A stretch of 64,000 nt of DNA from Bdellovibrionota bacterium (GTDB lineage: Bacteria > Bdellovibrionota_C > UBA2361 > JBGSMV01): the NCBI GenBank assembly GCA_041739995.1, contig JBGSMV010000040.1, forward strand, positions 96,211 to 160,210, read 5' to 3'. Of the stretch, positions 19,626-29,618 are shown one piece after another. Under the pieces are notes generated by a model. The model was not told where the DNA came from. It saw nothing but the letters and a program-made list of their open reading frames with translations, and did not search any database. The translations under genes and the position numbers were made by a program. Within the stretch, counting starts at the first letter, position 1. The number at the start of each line of letters is the position of its first letter.

Positions 19626-21665
19626 TTAACAACCCTTCGTAGGACCCGCTCTGCGCAACCGCGCTTTCTCACGAACGAAACCACCTGAAAGAATCGGAAA
19701 CCGATAGTAGCTGCGCGGATCAAGGTTGTACCCATCCATATGAAAGCTCGGAGCATAGCGCTCACGCTTCCACTGATTACGGGAAAAGAGCGTGCAGAAA
19801 CGATCCACCCAGATTTGAAGATCCTCACTGGAGTATTTGTTTCCCTGCTCTTGCTTCAGATTTTCAAGAATCTCGCTTGGCGAATACCCGCGCTGAACAA
19901 GGCCCAGTTCAATTAGATTAAGCACTTCGTACGGCATGAGATCTGCCTCGTCGGTCTGCTTTGCCCCAGGCGGCCGCAGCTCGGCAGTAGGAGACTGTTC
20001 CGTCACCACTTTGAGCGCAGGAATTGGGGCGAACCCTTCAAGCCCCGAAACACAAAGCCACTCAAGCCAGCGCCGGATGAATGCCTTATCGATTCCCCCT
20101 AAAGGAGCAAGCCCCCCCGCGGTATCTCCATCCATAGTGGCATACCCCACTGCAACCTCGGAACGATTGCTGGTCGATAGCAACAGCGCTTGACGCACAT
20201 TGGCGAGCAACCACACTCCAGGAGAACGCGCTCTTGCTTGAATATTCTGCAATGCAACATCGTCCTTTTCCCAAGTTAGAGCAGACCCAAGAGCTTTTTC
20301 AGCAATGGCGCGATAGGTACTCACCGAGTCCTGAACACTCCATTCAACGTGCATAGATCCAACAGCCTCTGCAACTTTAAGCGCCGCATCTCGGGTGATC
20401 TCGGAACTATTTTCGGTAGATTGATACACCGTCATCAGCAACGCCTTCATGGCAGCAGGAATATCGGCAGAGGCAGCAAGCTCCGTCCAATTTCCTAGGC
20501 GCTGCTTCATGGCCTCAAAACCCAACGCCGACTCTGAAAGCTCCACCATCAGGCGTAGCAAACAGACGACTACTGAAGAATCAGCTCCACCACTAAGGGA
20601 CACCACCGCCCCGCGAGACGAACTCTTTCGGATATAATCGAAAAGGCCTAGCGCCTGGGCACGCGCAAACTCTTCAAAGCGAATCTCTGCGGCTGATTCC
20701 CAAGCAGGGATCGGTGCATTTGAGCTCTTAGCTTTCGCCAGTTGCCAGGGCGCAGGAACCTGCACTATCGCCGGCACCCGAGTCGTATTCGGCGACGGCA
20801 CACCTTCGAGCACCGAGGCATCCGCGCTACGTTGCCGACTCACAATGCTCAAATCGAGATCTACAGTGGCAGTCGTAAAAGTATGATCACCAAACCCAAA
20901 ACGCTCTCCTTGCGCCGCAAGCTGCCCACCAGAAGCTATGAAACAGCTGCCGTCATAAATGACTCGCCCCGCTTCGTTGCCAAGCAGATTGGCATACAGG
21001 TAGGCCACTCCAAAGGCACGCGAACCTTCCAGCACGAAGCGCTTTCGAATATTAAACCTATCAAATGCAAAATGGCTCGCACTCGGATTTAAGACAATTT
21101 GTGCTCCTCGTGCAGCGAGCCTGCTTCCTGGACGACTGGCAGACCATGCATCTTCACAAATCTCGAAACCAAGAGCACAAGATTTTCCCTCGTCATTCAC
21201 CAATTGGAAAACTAGATCTCCCACCGGAAATTCCTTGGCTCCTATCCGCACCGAGGCCTGCTCCCCTGCCGGCCACGCACGGAACCAGCGCGTCTCATAA
21301 TACAGTCCGTCACGCGCTAAGAACTGCTTAAGAGCAAATCCGTGCAGAACTCCGTTTGCTACAAGTGCGACCGCATCATAGCAATCGTTGTTGACGTATA
21401 GGGGAAGCCCGAACCCGACCACTAACCCTTTGGTGTATGGCAACAATTCGTCAAGCACCTCAAGCGCCGTGCGCTGAACATCCGGGGAAAGGAAAAGATC
21501 TTCACAGCCGTAGCCAGAGATTACGAGCTCAGGCAGGCACAACACCTGCACACCCTCCGTGTGCGCACACTCAAGCACCGCCACAATTCGATCGCGATTC
21601 CCCTCCCAATCAAGCGGGGTTTGGTTAAGCGCTGCGCATCCAACTTTTAGAAGTCTCATTTGCAC
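19626..21665 (-). CDS. nadE: Glutamine-dependent NAD+ synthetase
   Basis: Nitrilase domain (LPEL..GYGCED, EICEDAW) fused to a synthetase domain (SLSGGADS, QNIQAR, ATMDGD, PTAELRP). Confidence 0.96.
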   Translation of the reverse strand: MQMRLLKVGCAALNQTPLDWEGNRDRIVAVLECAHTEGVQVLCLPELVISGYGCEDLFLSPDVQRTALEVLDELLPYTKGLVVGFGLPLYVNNDCYDAVALVANGVLHGFALKQFLARDGLYYETRWFRAWPAGEQASVRIGAKEFPVGDLVFQLVNDEGKSCALGFEICEDAWSASRPGSRLAARGAQIVLNPSASHFAFDRFNIRKRFVLEGSRAFGVAYLYANLLGNEAGRVIYDGSCFIASGGQLAAQGERFGFGDHTFTTATVDLDLSIVSRQRSADASVLEGVPSPNTTRVPAIVQVPAPWQLAKAKSSNAPIPAWESAAEIRFEEFARAQALGLFDYIRKSSSRGAVVSLSGGADSSVVVCLLRLMVELSESALGFEAMKQRLGNWTELAASADIPAAMKALLMTVYQSTENSSEITRDAALKVAEAVGSMHVEWSVQDSVSTYRAIAEKALGSALTWEKDDVALQNIQARARSPGVWLLANVRQALLLSTSNRSEVAVGYATMDGDTAGGLAPLGGIDKAFIRRWLEWLCVSGLEGFAPIPALKVVTEQSPTAELRPPGAKQTDEADLMPYEVLNLIELGLVQRGYSPSEILENLKQEQGNKYSSEDLQIWVDRFCTLFSRNQWKRERYAPSFHMDGYNLDPRSYYRFPILSGGFVREKARLRRAGPTKGC

Positions 21666-21748
21666 TACCGATATTTAACGGACTCGTGAAAAAGTCCATG
21701 CCATGGGATTTTCTCTCAACGTCCAAGCCTTGCATCCTTTAGTGAGAG

Positions 21749-21801
21749 TAGTGCCCTGAGTTAAGAGGTCGATGATTATTTCTCGTTGTGAATATATTTA
21801 A
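21749..21801. mobile_element. MITE family A, truncated and internally deleted copy
   Basis: TAGTGCCCTGAGTTAAgAGgTCGATGAtTAtTTCTCG..TTGTGAATATATTTAA matches the left part of 38403-38545. Confidence 0.7.
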
Positions 21802-21867
21802 ATAACCCTTCCACCCAACACACGAGGCTCTGCTCCAATCAGCCATTCGCCCGGGCGCGACCAGAGT

Positions 21868-22506
21868 CTACTGAACCATGTCATCAAGTTCCAATCCGCT
21901 CCCCGAGGGGGAGTAGGGGCGCACCAAGCCAGGGGCCCGCGAAGGGACGTTCCCTATAGCGCCGGGAGAAGGGAAAGACCCTTCAGAGGCAGAGTCTGGA
22001 TTTGAAGGAATTTCACGTAAGATTTCACTCAGAACTCTCTCAGCTTCACGTGAAATACGCTCAGGACGTGGCTCCGAGACTGCTCCTGTACCATGAGGAA
22101 CACGGGAGATAGTGGAATACGCTTCAGAGTCCAGAACTCCCCTACTATCTCTCAACGCACCAGATACTGCTCGTGACGGCGGAGGATCGGCACGACGCAG
22201 CAGTCGTCCCTGCTCAAAGAGTAAGTCGGAGGAAGCATAGCGCCACAAAGTCCAACGCTTGCTTTCATACTCAACCTTCTCAGCAGCAGGACCCATTCGC
22301 TTTGTTATATCTCGAAAACTCATTCCGGGACCAAGCTCGAGATGTGTCTCAAAAACCTGAACACCGAGTCCTCCACTGCCAGGAACTTTGTCGAAAGCGG
22401 CATCATCAGAATCCCACGCAAACGCTCCCGTAGAGAACGACGCCAGGAGTAAGAGCGACAAAGCAAGAACTCGAATCACGCTAGTCATAGAGTCAGCAGC
22501 CACCAC
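21868..22506 (-). CDS. Secreted hypothetical protein (SmpA/BamE-like motif, disordered tail)
   Basis: Signal peptide ending AFA and the motif LGPGMSFRDITKRMGPA..W.Y. Confidence 0.6.
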   Translation of the reverse strand: MVAADSMTSVIRVLALSLLLLASFSTGAFAWDSDDAAFDKVPGSGGLGVQVFETHLELGPGMSFRDITKRMGPAAEKVEYESKRWTLWRYASSDLLFEQGRLLRRADPPPSRAVSGALRDSRGVLDSEAYSTISRVPHGTGAVSEPRPERISREAERVLSEILREIPSNPDSASEGSFPSPGAIGNVPSRAPGLVRPYSPSGSGLELDDMVQ

Positions 22507-22606
22507 AAAAGCTCCAAGGCTTACTCTGCCCGCCCAAGAGACCCCCCATGTTACGAGTGTTCGCGAATGCTGTGCAAGAACGGACTTTTATGGAATGTTG
22601 GGGTCC

Positions 22607-22864
22607 ATGGCTATAGATAATCAATTACTGAAGATTCTAGTCTGCCCAGAGACCAAATTGCCCGTTCGCCTGGCCCCCGACGCACTCGTGGATCAGCTCA
22701 ATATACAGGTTGAAGCTGGCACGCTCATGAACAAGGCTGGCAAAGCGGTGGTTTCCCGACTCGACGGCGGATTACTGAGAGAGGACGGCTCCCGACTATA
22801 TCCGATCATTGACGAGATACCGGTCATGTTGGTTGAAGAGAGTATTGAGCTCAGCGCGCTATAA
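22607..22864 (+). CDS. Trm112/YcaR family protein
   Basis: MAIDNQLLKILVCPETK...YPIIDEIPVMLVEES. Start moved to the ATG at 22607. Confidence 0.9.
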   Translation: MAIDNQLLKILVCPETKLPVRLAPDALVDQLNIQVEAGTLMNKAGKAVVSRLDGGLLREDGSRLYPIIDEIPVMLVEESIELSAL

Positions 22865-23177
22865 ACTGTGGCTCTAACTTCGCCTCCGCAGTGTCGCCTA
22901 ATCTACAGTGTCGCCTAAGCTTAATTGCGAGAGGCCCACTGCATACCGGCAGAAGCTCGCTCCCCCCCTTGGCTCCGTTCCGCTTTGCATTATCATTCAG
23001 AAGCCGGAAGGCCTATTCCGTTTGCACAGCCCGCACCTGAACAAGGCCGACGCGATCGCGGAACGAGCACAACGGGTTCTCCGGAAGAGGTCAAGGCGAG
23101 GATCCCTCCTATGTCTGAAATATGGTGGGCCTGGCTAAGATGTTGCTGAGATCGCACATCTCCCCGCCACCGCGGCT

Positions 23178-23205
23178 TGGTCGGCAAATTTCTGATATCA
23201 CTTTA
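23178..23205 (-). promoter_or_regulatory. sigma28-like promoter facing an ORF-poor intergenic region
   Basis: Minus strand TAAAG-N15-GCCGACCA. Confidence 0.6.
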
Positions 23206-23429
23206 GCGCGAGGAAAAATTCCGAAGAATTAGCGATGGGAGCTCGGAGTCTTTCGTACTTCCTGTAATGCTCCGCTATGGAGATGCTCAGAGACGGGCGC
23301 GAGAGCGCTCTCATTCTGTAATAAAAACTGGTGCCCATTCGTTTGTTCACGCTGCCGACGCTGCTCTTCTACCATGACAGGCGATGGCAATCGGAGCCAG
23401 GAGCAGAAGCGCTCCCTATAGTTGACAGT

Positions 23430-23918
23430 CTAGTCGCGAAAATTAGTGAACTGAAGCTCTAGATCGCTCACTGCCTCGCGCAGACCCTGTATCACCTGCT
23501 GCAAATCATCACGTTTTTTGCCCGTTACCCGGAGCTGATCGCCTTGAATCTGGGAGGAAACTTTCAGGCCAAGTCCTTTGATCTGTTTGTTTAGGCGCTT
23601 AAGGTCCTCTTCCTTGAGTCCCTGCTTGATGATCACCTCTTGGCGCAAAGTATCACTGCCCGCTGGCTGAGGATCTTTAAATTCCACCGATCGAATGCTT
23701 ACGCCACGTTTTGCAAGTTTTTGTCTAAGCAGATCCTGAAGTGCTTGTAGCTTTAATTGATCATCCGCTACCACTACTATCAAAGCCTCTTCTTGGAATT
23801 CAATCGAGGACTTGGATCCTTTAAAGTCGTAGCGTGTCTTTATTTCTCTTTGAACCTGATCCACGGCGTTTCGCACTTCCTGGACGCTTACCTCAGAGAC
23901 AACATCGAACGACGGCAT
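23430..23918 (-). CDS. yajQ: YajQ family nucleotide/c-di-GMP-binding protein
   Basis: MPSFDVVSEV..EVRNAVDQ..RYDFKGS and QIQGDQLRVTGKKRDDLQ..NFRD motifs. Confidence 0.97.
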   Translation of the reverse strand: MPSFDVVSEVSVQEVRNAVDQVQREIKTRYDFKGSKSSIEFQEEALIVVVADDQLKLQALQDLLRQKLAKRGVSIRSVEFKDPQPAGSDTLRQEVIIKQGLKEEDLKRLNKQIKGLGLKVSSQIQGDQLRVTGKKRDDLQQVIQGLREAVSDLELQFTNFRD

Positions 23919-23990
23919 AGATTCCCCTCTTTTTCACGAACACGCGCACAGTCAGCGCGTTACTGAGATATTACTACCCGACTCGCAACT

Positions 23991-25343
23991 TTAATCAACG
24001 CGAACTGAAGGATCGCGAATGACATAACTAAGGCAACTTCCACCTCGCAGCTGTACTTCGAGCTGAATCGATCCGTATGTCGAACGATAGGCTGCGCCGG
24101 TAAGCTGGTAATCCTGCCAGGCGGTACGTCCGCCATTGCCCACGCCCTTGTAGCGTAGCTCCTTAATTTCCTCTCCATTGAGGCGCTTCACAGTTACGCG
24201 CGTAGCCACTCCGGTATATCGAGGAGCAAGCACCACCACCGCAAAAAACTGCGTATCAGAGTTCGGCTTCCAGACGAACCCTTCACTCCCATCGAAAGGG
24301 CTGGCGTTCTCGCAAGAAGTTACTGCCGAACCATCGTTCGTTGAAGCTTGAAACCCGGAAATTTGGTACTCGTCCACAAGTTCCGAAGAAGCTCCTACAG
24401 AGAACTTAGAAACGGTGCGCGTGTCCACATTCACTACCCGGACTCTTCCGCGCTTGAGGAAAGCCAAATCCTCTCCAGGGATAGAGTCGAATTCCCCCAC
24501 CGCGAAACTTTCCAAGTCCTTAACTACAAGGCGACGCACTCGCCTACCGTCTAGCGTGGTCACGATAATTTGAGTCGCAGTTCCGGCCTTGATGGGAAAT
24601 ACCAATCGATCGGCACCCTCACCGGCAGGACCTTTCAATGGCACGGGCCGCGGTCGACTTCCACCCGATAAACTTCGCGGAAACCGTCGCTGCGTAACGC
24701 GCTGATTGGTGAAGACATCCCGCATGCGTACAATCGTTCTACCACTTGCGGAACGCCGGACTATGCCGATCCAGTCGGCTTGGCCATCCGGCGCAGCAAA
24801 GAATACCCGGTCACCGTTCGCCCCGAAAACCAGAGATCGCTCCGAGATTGCCTCAGCATCTCCGCCAAACGAATTCATCTGCATTCGCCACCGCGCACTG
24901 CCATTGACCAATTTTACCACAGCGAGGTCATCGACTCCCGAGCCGTCAAAATCCGCTCCGGCAACCACGAGATCTCCTTCTCCTCCGAAGGACACCAACT
25001 CAAGGCGCCCCTCTGGTGTAAGAACCCTCCAAGAGATCTCCTCGCGGTCCTTTTCGAACACCGCGATTCCAGGGGAGGCAGCGCCAAGCTGCGGCGAAGC
25101 GTCGCTTAAATCCGAAGGAAACCATCGCGCCATCAAAGGCACATCACCGCGTCGCCCAAAGGATGCCACCTCGGCACGCTCAGATACTTCGTCATAGGAC
25201 CACCATTGCCAGGTCTCCTTGCCACGCGCCTGAATGCCTGAAAGCGCGGTGGAGCCCCCTCCGATCGCCTGCGCTTCAACATTGGCCACCGATTCCAGCC
25301 AAAGAAATAGGCAAATAAGGCTAATGGCGAAAAAACTCTTCAT
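23991..25343 (-). CDS. Secreted FG-GAP-like repeat protein with a distinct C-terminal domain
   Basis: Signal peptide, GADFDGSGVDDLAVV and GEFDSIPGEDLAF repeats, C-terminal GFVWKPNSD...GNGGR segment. Confidence 0.75.
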   Translation of the reverse strand: MKSFFAISLICLFLWLESVANVEAQAIGGGSTALSGIQARGKETWQWWSYDEVSERAEVASFGRRGDVPLMARWFPSDLSDASPQLGAASPGIAVFEKDREEISWRVLTPEGRLELVSFGGEGDLVVAGADFDGSGVDDLAVVKLVNGSARWRMQMNSFGGDAEAISERSLVFGANGDRVFFAAPDGQADWIGIVRRSASGRTIVRMRDVFTNQRVTQRRFPRSLSGGSRPRPVPLKGPAGEGADRLVFPIKAGTATQIIVTTLDGRRVRRLVVKDLESFAVGEFDSIPGEDLAFLKRGRVRVVNVDTRTVSKFSVGASSELVDEYQISGFQASTNDGSAVTSCENASPFDGSEGFVWKPNSDTQFFAVVVLAPRYTGVATRVTVKRLNGEEIKELRYKGVGNGGRTAWQDYQLTGAAYRSTYGSIQLEVQLRGGSCLSYVIRDPSVRVD

Positions 25344-25374
25344 ATTTAAAGCCGTTTAGGCACAACATTTTCGT

Positions 25375-25401
25375 TCAAGTCTTTCCCAAAACAGCCGACT
25401 A
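25375..25401 (+). promoter_or_regulatory. sigma28-like promoter
   Basis: TCAA-N15-GCCGACTA, 20 nt upstream of the ATG at 25422. Confidence 0.55.
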
Positions 25402-25421
25402 AATTCATTGGGGAAGCTTAC

Positions 25422-25958
25422 ATGGCCGACGTTAACGGTTTAGAAACAAAGACTTTCTACGAAGTTCTTGGGGTACCCGAGGATGCTTCAACCGAGCAGA
25501 TACGAGACGTGTATCGAGAGATCGCTCGAATCTACCACCCCGACTCAAACTTCTACAGTGAGATTGTCCCCCAAAAGGCATCAAACGACCAGGTTCAAAT
25601 CTTCAAAATAATCACGGCAGCTTACAATACTCTCACCGATCCATCGAAGCGAGCCGAGTACGACAAAAGCGTTGCGCCACTGCTCAACCTCAAGCGTCGG
25701 GTCAAAGACTGGGAAACTGAAACCGAGGCATTCACCCCTTCCCGCCCACTCGAACAGGTAGTGCCAAGTTCACGACCTCGAAGAATGACCGCAACATTTG
25801 GTCGACGTGACTTTTTAGATGCAGAAGAGCCGCTGGTAGAATCACCTAGAAATTTCCCACGCAGGAATAGAAGCGGTCTGGCATGGGTTGCAATCGTGCT
25901 CGGCATAATCTGCGGGGCAGCGGTTGGCGCAGTCGCTTATGCCGTTCTGGTTGGATAG
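25422..25958 (+). CDS. J-domain (DnaJ-like) protein with C-terminal TM anchor
   Basis: FYEVLGV..YHPD..AYNTLTDPSKRAEYD and a hydrophobic C-terminus. Confidence 0.9.
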   Translation: MADVNGLETKTFYEVLGVPEDASTEQIRDVYREIARIYHPDSNFYSEIVPQKASNDQVQIFKIITAAYNTLTDPSKRAEYDKSVAPLLNLKRRVKDWETETEAFTPSRPLEQVVPSSRPRRMTATFGRRDFLDAEEPLVESPRNFPRRNRSGLAWVAIVLGIICGAAVGAVAYAVLVG

Positions 25959-26083
25959 CGTTCTAGTAGAGCAGAACACCCGAGTCCGCTCGGACCCCCA
26001 GCTACTGGCAGCTCACAATTCCACTTACACTCTTGCGTCCACTTACACTGTTGCGCTACGGCAAAAAGACGCTCGCGACGAGG

Positions 26084-26320
26084 CTAGGGTTCCCGTACCA
26101 GCTTGAAAATGACTTCCTTACCAGACTCATCCATTGAGATTCGCCCTTCGGCAATCAACTCCTTCAGGACGTCGAGAATTTCAACCTCATCAGCAAGCAC
26201 CTGGGTGCGCTCGTCCTCTTCATGAAGATGCCAAAGATTTCTAAAATAGAGTCCTTCTGCAGCCTCAGCATGTCCCAATGCTTCCAGAATCTGCGCCTTT
26301 GTCTCCGCCTTCATTTCCAC
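26084..26320 (-). CDS. Small hypothetical protein (possibly winged-helix-like)
   Basis: 78 aa, GAGGG RBS, plausible amphipathic helices. Confidence 0.65.
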   Translation of the reverse strand: MEMKAETKAQILEALGHAEAAEGLYFRNLWHLHEEDERTQVLADEVEILDVLKELIAEGRISMDESGKEVIFKLVREP

Positions 26321-26568
26321 CCCTCTTCAAACACACCTTCTCTGAGTTCTCTCTCCAGGCCCGACACAGTTTACGCAAGCAGCGCCTTCTCGCTATCCCC
26401 TAACACCAAAGCAGCCGCCTTGCGCCTGGCCATAAGCCGCCTGATAGCCCTCCTGCCTATCAGCGCCATCATTCCTGGCCCTAAGCTTGAGCTGCGCCAG
26501 TATTTTATATAGTAGCACGCTGCGGAAAGAATGCGGACGTATTTTGCTCTGAACATACAAGGGAACTC

Positions 26569-27201
26569 ATGTCATTCGTAGAAGCATTCTACAGCTTTAA
26601 TCTACACATCTCCAACAGTGACTCCGGCACAAATGTCTCCACTCGCGTGAAAACTGGCAAACACCCGTTTGAAACTTTGCAATTCTTCTATGCGCGCATG
26701 TTGGCCTTCGCACACGCCTACGTTCCTGAACTACGCTTTTCTCAAGGACTACACGCGCCGACTGAACCAACAATTTGGCGAATAAATGAACTGCAAACGG
26801 TCACCGATTGGATTGAAGTAGGAGAGCTCGACGCCAAGAAACTCAAGAAAGCACTTAAAACCGCGGAGCGTGAGCAATCACAGGCTCAATCACCGGCTCG
26901 ATTTGCAAGCTATATGTTTTCAAAAGAACATGTGCAGAGTTTTTGTGCTGCGCTGCGTGGAAGTAAGCAAAATTGGATTGCTTCCACTTCCTTCTCGCTC
27001 TTAGACCCCGCAGCGCTCGACGCTTTGTGCAACACTCACCGCTCAAGCGCCACTTGGTCAGTAACCGTGGTAGATTCCACGCTCTACCTCGATTGCGACG
27101 GCACCGAGATAATCACCCAGATCACCCCCTTGAACATGTGGCACGAGTTCCAGCACTCGATAGACAACCTTGGCCATCTCTCTAACGACCTAGATCTATA
27201 G
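26569..27201 (+). CDS. yaeQ: YaeQ family protein
   Basis: HPFET..RMLAF, FSQGL..EPTIW, WIEVG and WSVTV motifs. Confidence 0.85.
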   Translation: MSFVEAFYSFNLHISNSDSGTNVSTRVKTGKHPFETLQFFYARMLAFAHAYVPELRFSQGLHAPTEPTIWRINELQTVTDWIEVGELDAKKLKKALKTAEREQSQAQSPARFASYMFSKEHVQSFCAALRGSKQNWIASTSFSLLDPAALDALCNTHRSSATWSVTVVDSTLYLDCDGTEIITQITPLNMWHEFQHSIDNLGHLSNDLDL

Positions 27202-27235
27202 CGTTTTTTACCTAAAGACTCCTCGCGATCGACCT

Positions 27236-27262
27236 TCAGGGATCTGCGTTTAATGCCGATTC
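27236..27262 (+). promoter_or_regulatory. sigma28-like promoter
   Basis: TCAG-N15-GCCGATTC upstream of the GAF hybrid kinase-HDOD genes. Confidence 0.55.
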
Positions 27263-27299
27263 ACTCTAAGAAGATACCGTACGGGAGCCACTACAACTC

Positions 27300-29504
27300 A
27301 TGACCTCGAACAGTAAAGCGACTCAGATCATGAGCAGATCTGCGCTTTTGGGCAGCGATGATCCTGCACGAAGCGTGATGAAGCTTATCGAACAAGGCGA
27401 AGAGCCGCGCCGAATATTCGCGCATATCACCGAGTGTGCGCGGCAACTTACCGACGCCCGTTCGTGCGCCATTCTTCTTCCTGTAGAGCGCGGACCCGCT
27501 CAACGAGAGGTGGTGGCGCTGTCCGGAGATTTCGAAGAACAAGCACTGGAGATGATCGAAGATTCTCCCGGCGGAGGCGTGGGAGGCAACTATCAAGTCT
27601 ACGGATCGTACCACTACTATGACGTGGTGTGCCTTGGCGCCCCAATAGGATCCTTGGCACTTATTGATCCGCAAAAAATTGGCGCTGCCGAGCTGATCAT
27701 TCTTGGCGACCTGGCACATCACACTGGCGTAGCCTTCGAACGTCAACGCCTCTCCAGTCACCTACAGATATTTCTAGATCGACTTGAGACACTCAATGAA
27801 CTCAATCAGCTGATCGCAAGCAATGCCGGCTTAAAGAGAATCGTTAAGAATTTGGCTCGAGAGAGCGCGTTTCGATTTGCCGCCGACGTGTCGATTGCCT
27901 TTATTCTGAACGAAGAGAGAAACGTATTAGAGCCTCGTGGCGGCTACGGATACCCCCCCGCAATGCTTCCGCCAGAGTTCCCACTGACACTAGGCACTTT
28001 GGCGCAGGTAATGCGTGTGGGTGGTCACATTTCAATTCCTAACTTGCAATCACAGACTGGGCACGCATTGGATAAGCTCGAAGAAGCTGGCATCAAGTCA
28101 GTCGACGTGTGTTGTCTTGAGGTCCGAGGAGAACCGCTTGGCGCTCTCTTGATTGGCTACCGCCGAGAGACGGCCCTCTCCCACGATGATTTCATGAGAT
28201 TCGAAGAATTCTGTCAGGGAGCTGCCGTCGCGATCGCGAACGCCAGAACTCAGGAACGCATTCAGTCTTATACTGAGCGTCTCGAAGAACTCGTAGAGCA
28301 ACGCACTACAGAACTCGCGATCCAAACCTCAAAAGCTCAAGACGCCAATCAGGCCAAGTCAAGATTTCTGGCCAATATGAGTCACGAGTTGCGTACTCCG
28401 TTAACGGCGATAGTGGGCTATTCGAGCGTGCTTGCCGACGGCATTTTTGGTGAAATGACCGAAAAGCAAAAGGATGCTCTCGGCGCCATTACTCGTTCAA
28501 GTGAGCATCTTAAAAACCTAATTGATGATGTGCTGAATCTGGCGAGAATTGAGTCAGGAAAAGAAGATCCAGAGCCAACGCGCGTCGCTATTAAGGACCT
28601 CCTCCCCCACGCGCATAAGCTCATGATGCAGACCGCGATCGGAAAGGGCGTCACCTTACAACCAATTCAGGTACTCGAAGACATTGCTTCAAAGGCACTG
28701 TGGGTCGATCAAAAACATATTCATCAGATCATCATCAACATGATGTCGAATGCGGTAAAATATACCCCGCGCGGCGGAAAGGTTTGGATTTCTGTCGATG
28801 AACTGGGAGACAAATTGCGCATCAGCGTCCACGATAGCGGCGTTGGGATTCCCCCAAGCAAGCTCGCCAAACTGTTCGAGCGCTTTGAGCGTGGCGAAGA
28901 TGCTTACAGCAAATCGCAAGAAGGCACTGGCATCGGACTCAACCTCACCCGCCATCTTGTAGATATCAATGGCGGCCGAATCGGCGTCGAAAGCACTGAA
29001 GGCAAAGGCTCTACTTTTTGGATTCTCATGCCGTTGGCCGACGAGCAGAATACGAGCGTAGTCACGAAGTCGGATGTGCAACCAGGACTTCGCGCTCGAC
29101 TGGACGGCCTTACTACGTTGGTAGTAGACGACAACAAAGACACCTGCGAAGTACTACGACACGTGCTTCTCGCTGCTGGAGCTACGGTACAAACCGCCAA
29201 CAGCGTGCGCGAAGGAATAGCGGCGGTCCAAGACCAGGTGCCGGACATCATCCTCACCGACCTCGCAATGCCCGGCGAAAGCGGTCTGATCCTGATAGAG
29301 CATATCCGCAATGCCCAAGGCACACTCGCACACTTGCCCATCATGGTCTTAAGCGCCTGCGCGTTTGAGAGTGACCGTGAAGCCGCCCTTAACGCTGGTG
29401 CGTCAGTCTTTATGCCAAAGCCTTTTAAGCCCGCAGACGTGGTGAAAAGCGTGCGAGAATTGACATTAAGCTATGCCATGCGCGGCTCAGGCCACCTTTC
29501 CTAA
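27300..29504 (+). CDS. Cytoplasmic GAF-domain hybrid histidine kinase/response regulator
   Basis: GAF-like N-terminus, FLANMSHELRTPL, NAVKYT, GTGIGL and a receiver domain (VVDDN..LTDLAMP..KPF). Confidence 0.94.
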   Translation: MTSNSKATQIMSRSALLGSDDPARSVMKLIEQGEEPRRIFAHITECARQLTDARSCAILLPVERGPAQREVVALSGDFEEQALEMIEDSPGGGVGGNYQVYGSYHYYDVVCLGAPIGSLALIDPQKIGAAELIILGDLAHHTGVAFERQRLSSHLQIFLDRLETLNELNQLIASNAGLKRIVKNLARESAFRFAADVSIAFILNEERNVLEPRGGYGYPPAMLPPEFPLTLGTLAQVMRVGGHISIPNLQSQTGHALDKLEEAGIKSVDVCCLEVRGEPLGALLIGYRRETALSHDDFMRFEEFCQGAAVAIANARTQERIQSYTERLEELVEQRTTELAIQTSKAQDANQAKSRFLANMSHELRTPLTAIVGYSSVLADGIFGEMTEKQKDALGAITRSSEHLKNLIDDVLNLARIESGKEDPEPTRVAIKDLLPHAHKLMMQTAIGKGVTLQPIQVLEDIASKALWVDQKHIHQIIINMMSNAVKYTPRGGKVWISVDELGDKLRISVHDSGVGIPPSKLAKLFERFERGEDAYSKSQEGTGIGLNLTRHLVDINGGRIGVESTEGKGSTFWILMPLADEQNTSVVTKSDVQPGLRARLDGLTTLVVDDNKDTCEVLRHVLLAAGATVQTANSVREGIAAVQDQVPDIILTDLAMPGESGLILIEHIRNAQGTLAHLPIMVLSACAFESDREAALNAGASVFMPKPFKPADVVKSVRELTLSYAMRGSGHLS

Positions 29505-29618
29505 ACACGCGTGAGCTATACCCCCGCATAGACAATGGCCCGTAGGGACCAGGAGGATCTCGGCTCGACAATATTGTCAGGGCGTTAGAGAATGGGAGGA
29601 GTATCTTGGTAAACGGTC

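Noticed and set aside
22889..26055. Two-copy direct repeats at 22889-22918 (17-bp period) and 26020-26055 (18 bp)
   Set aside because: Only two copies each at gene 3' ends, most simply local slippage duplications.
26371..26556. 61-aa basic ORF upstream of the 26084-26320 gene
   Set aside because: No clear RBS or family motif, and it overlaps the likely divergent promoter region of yaeQ.
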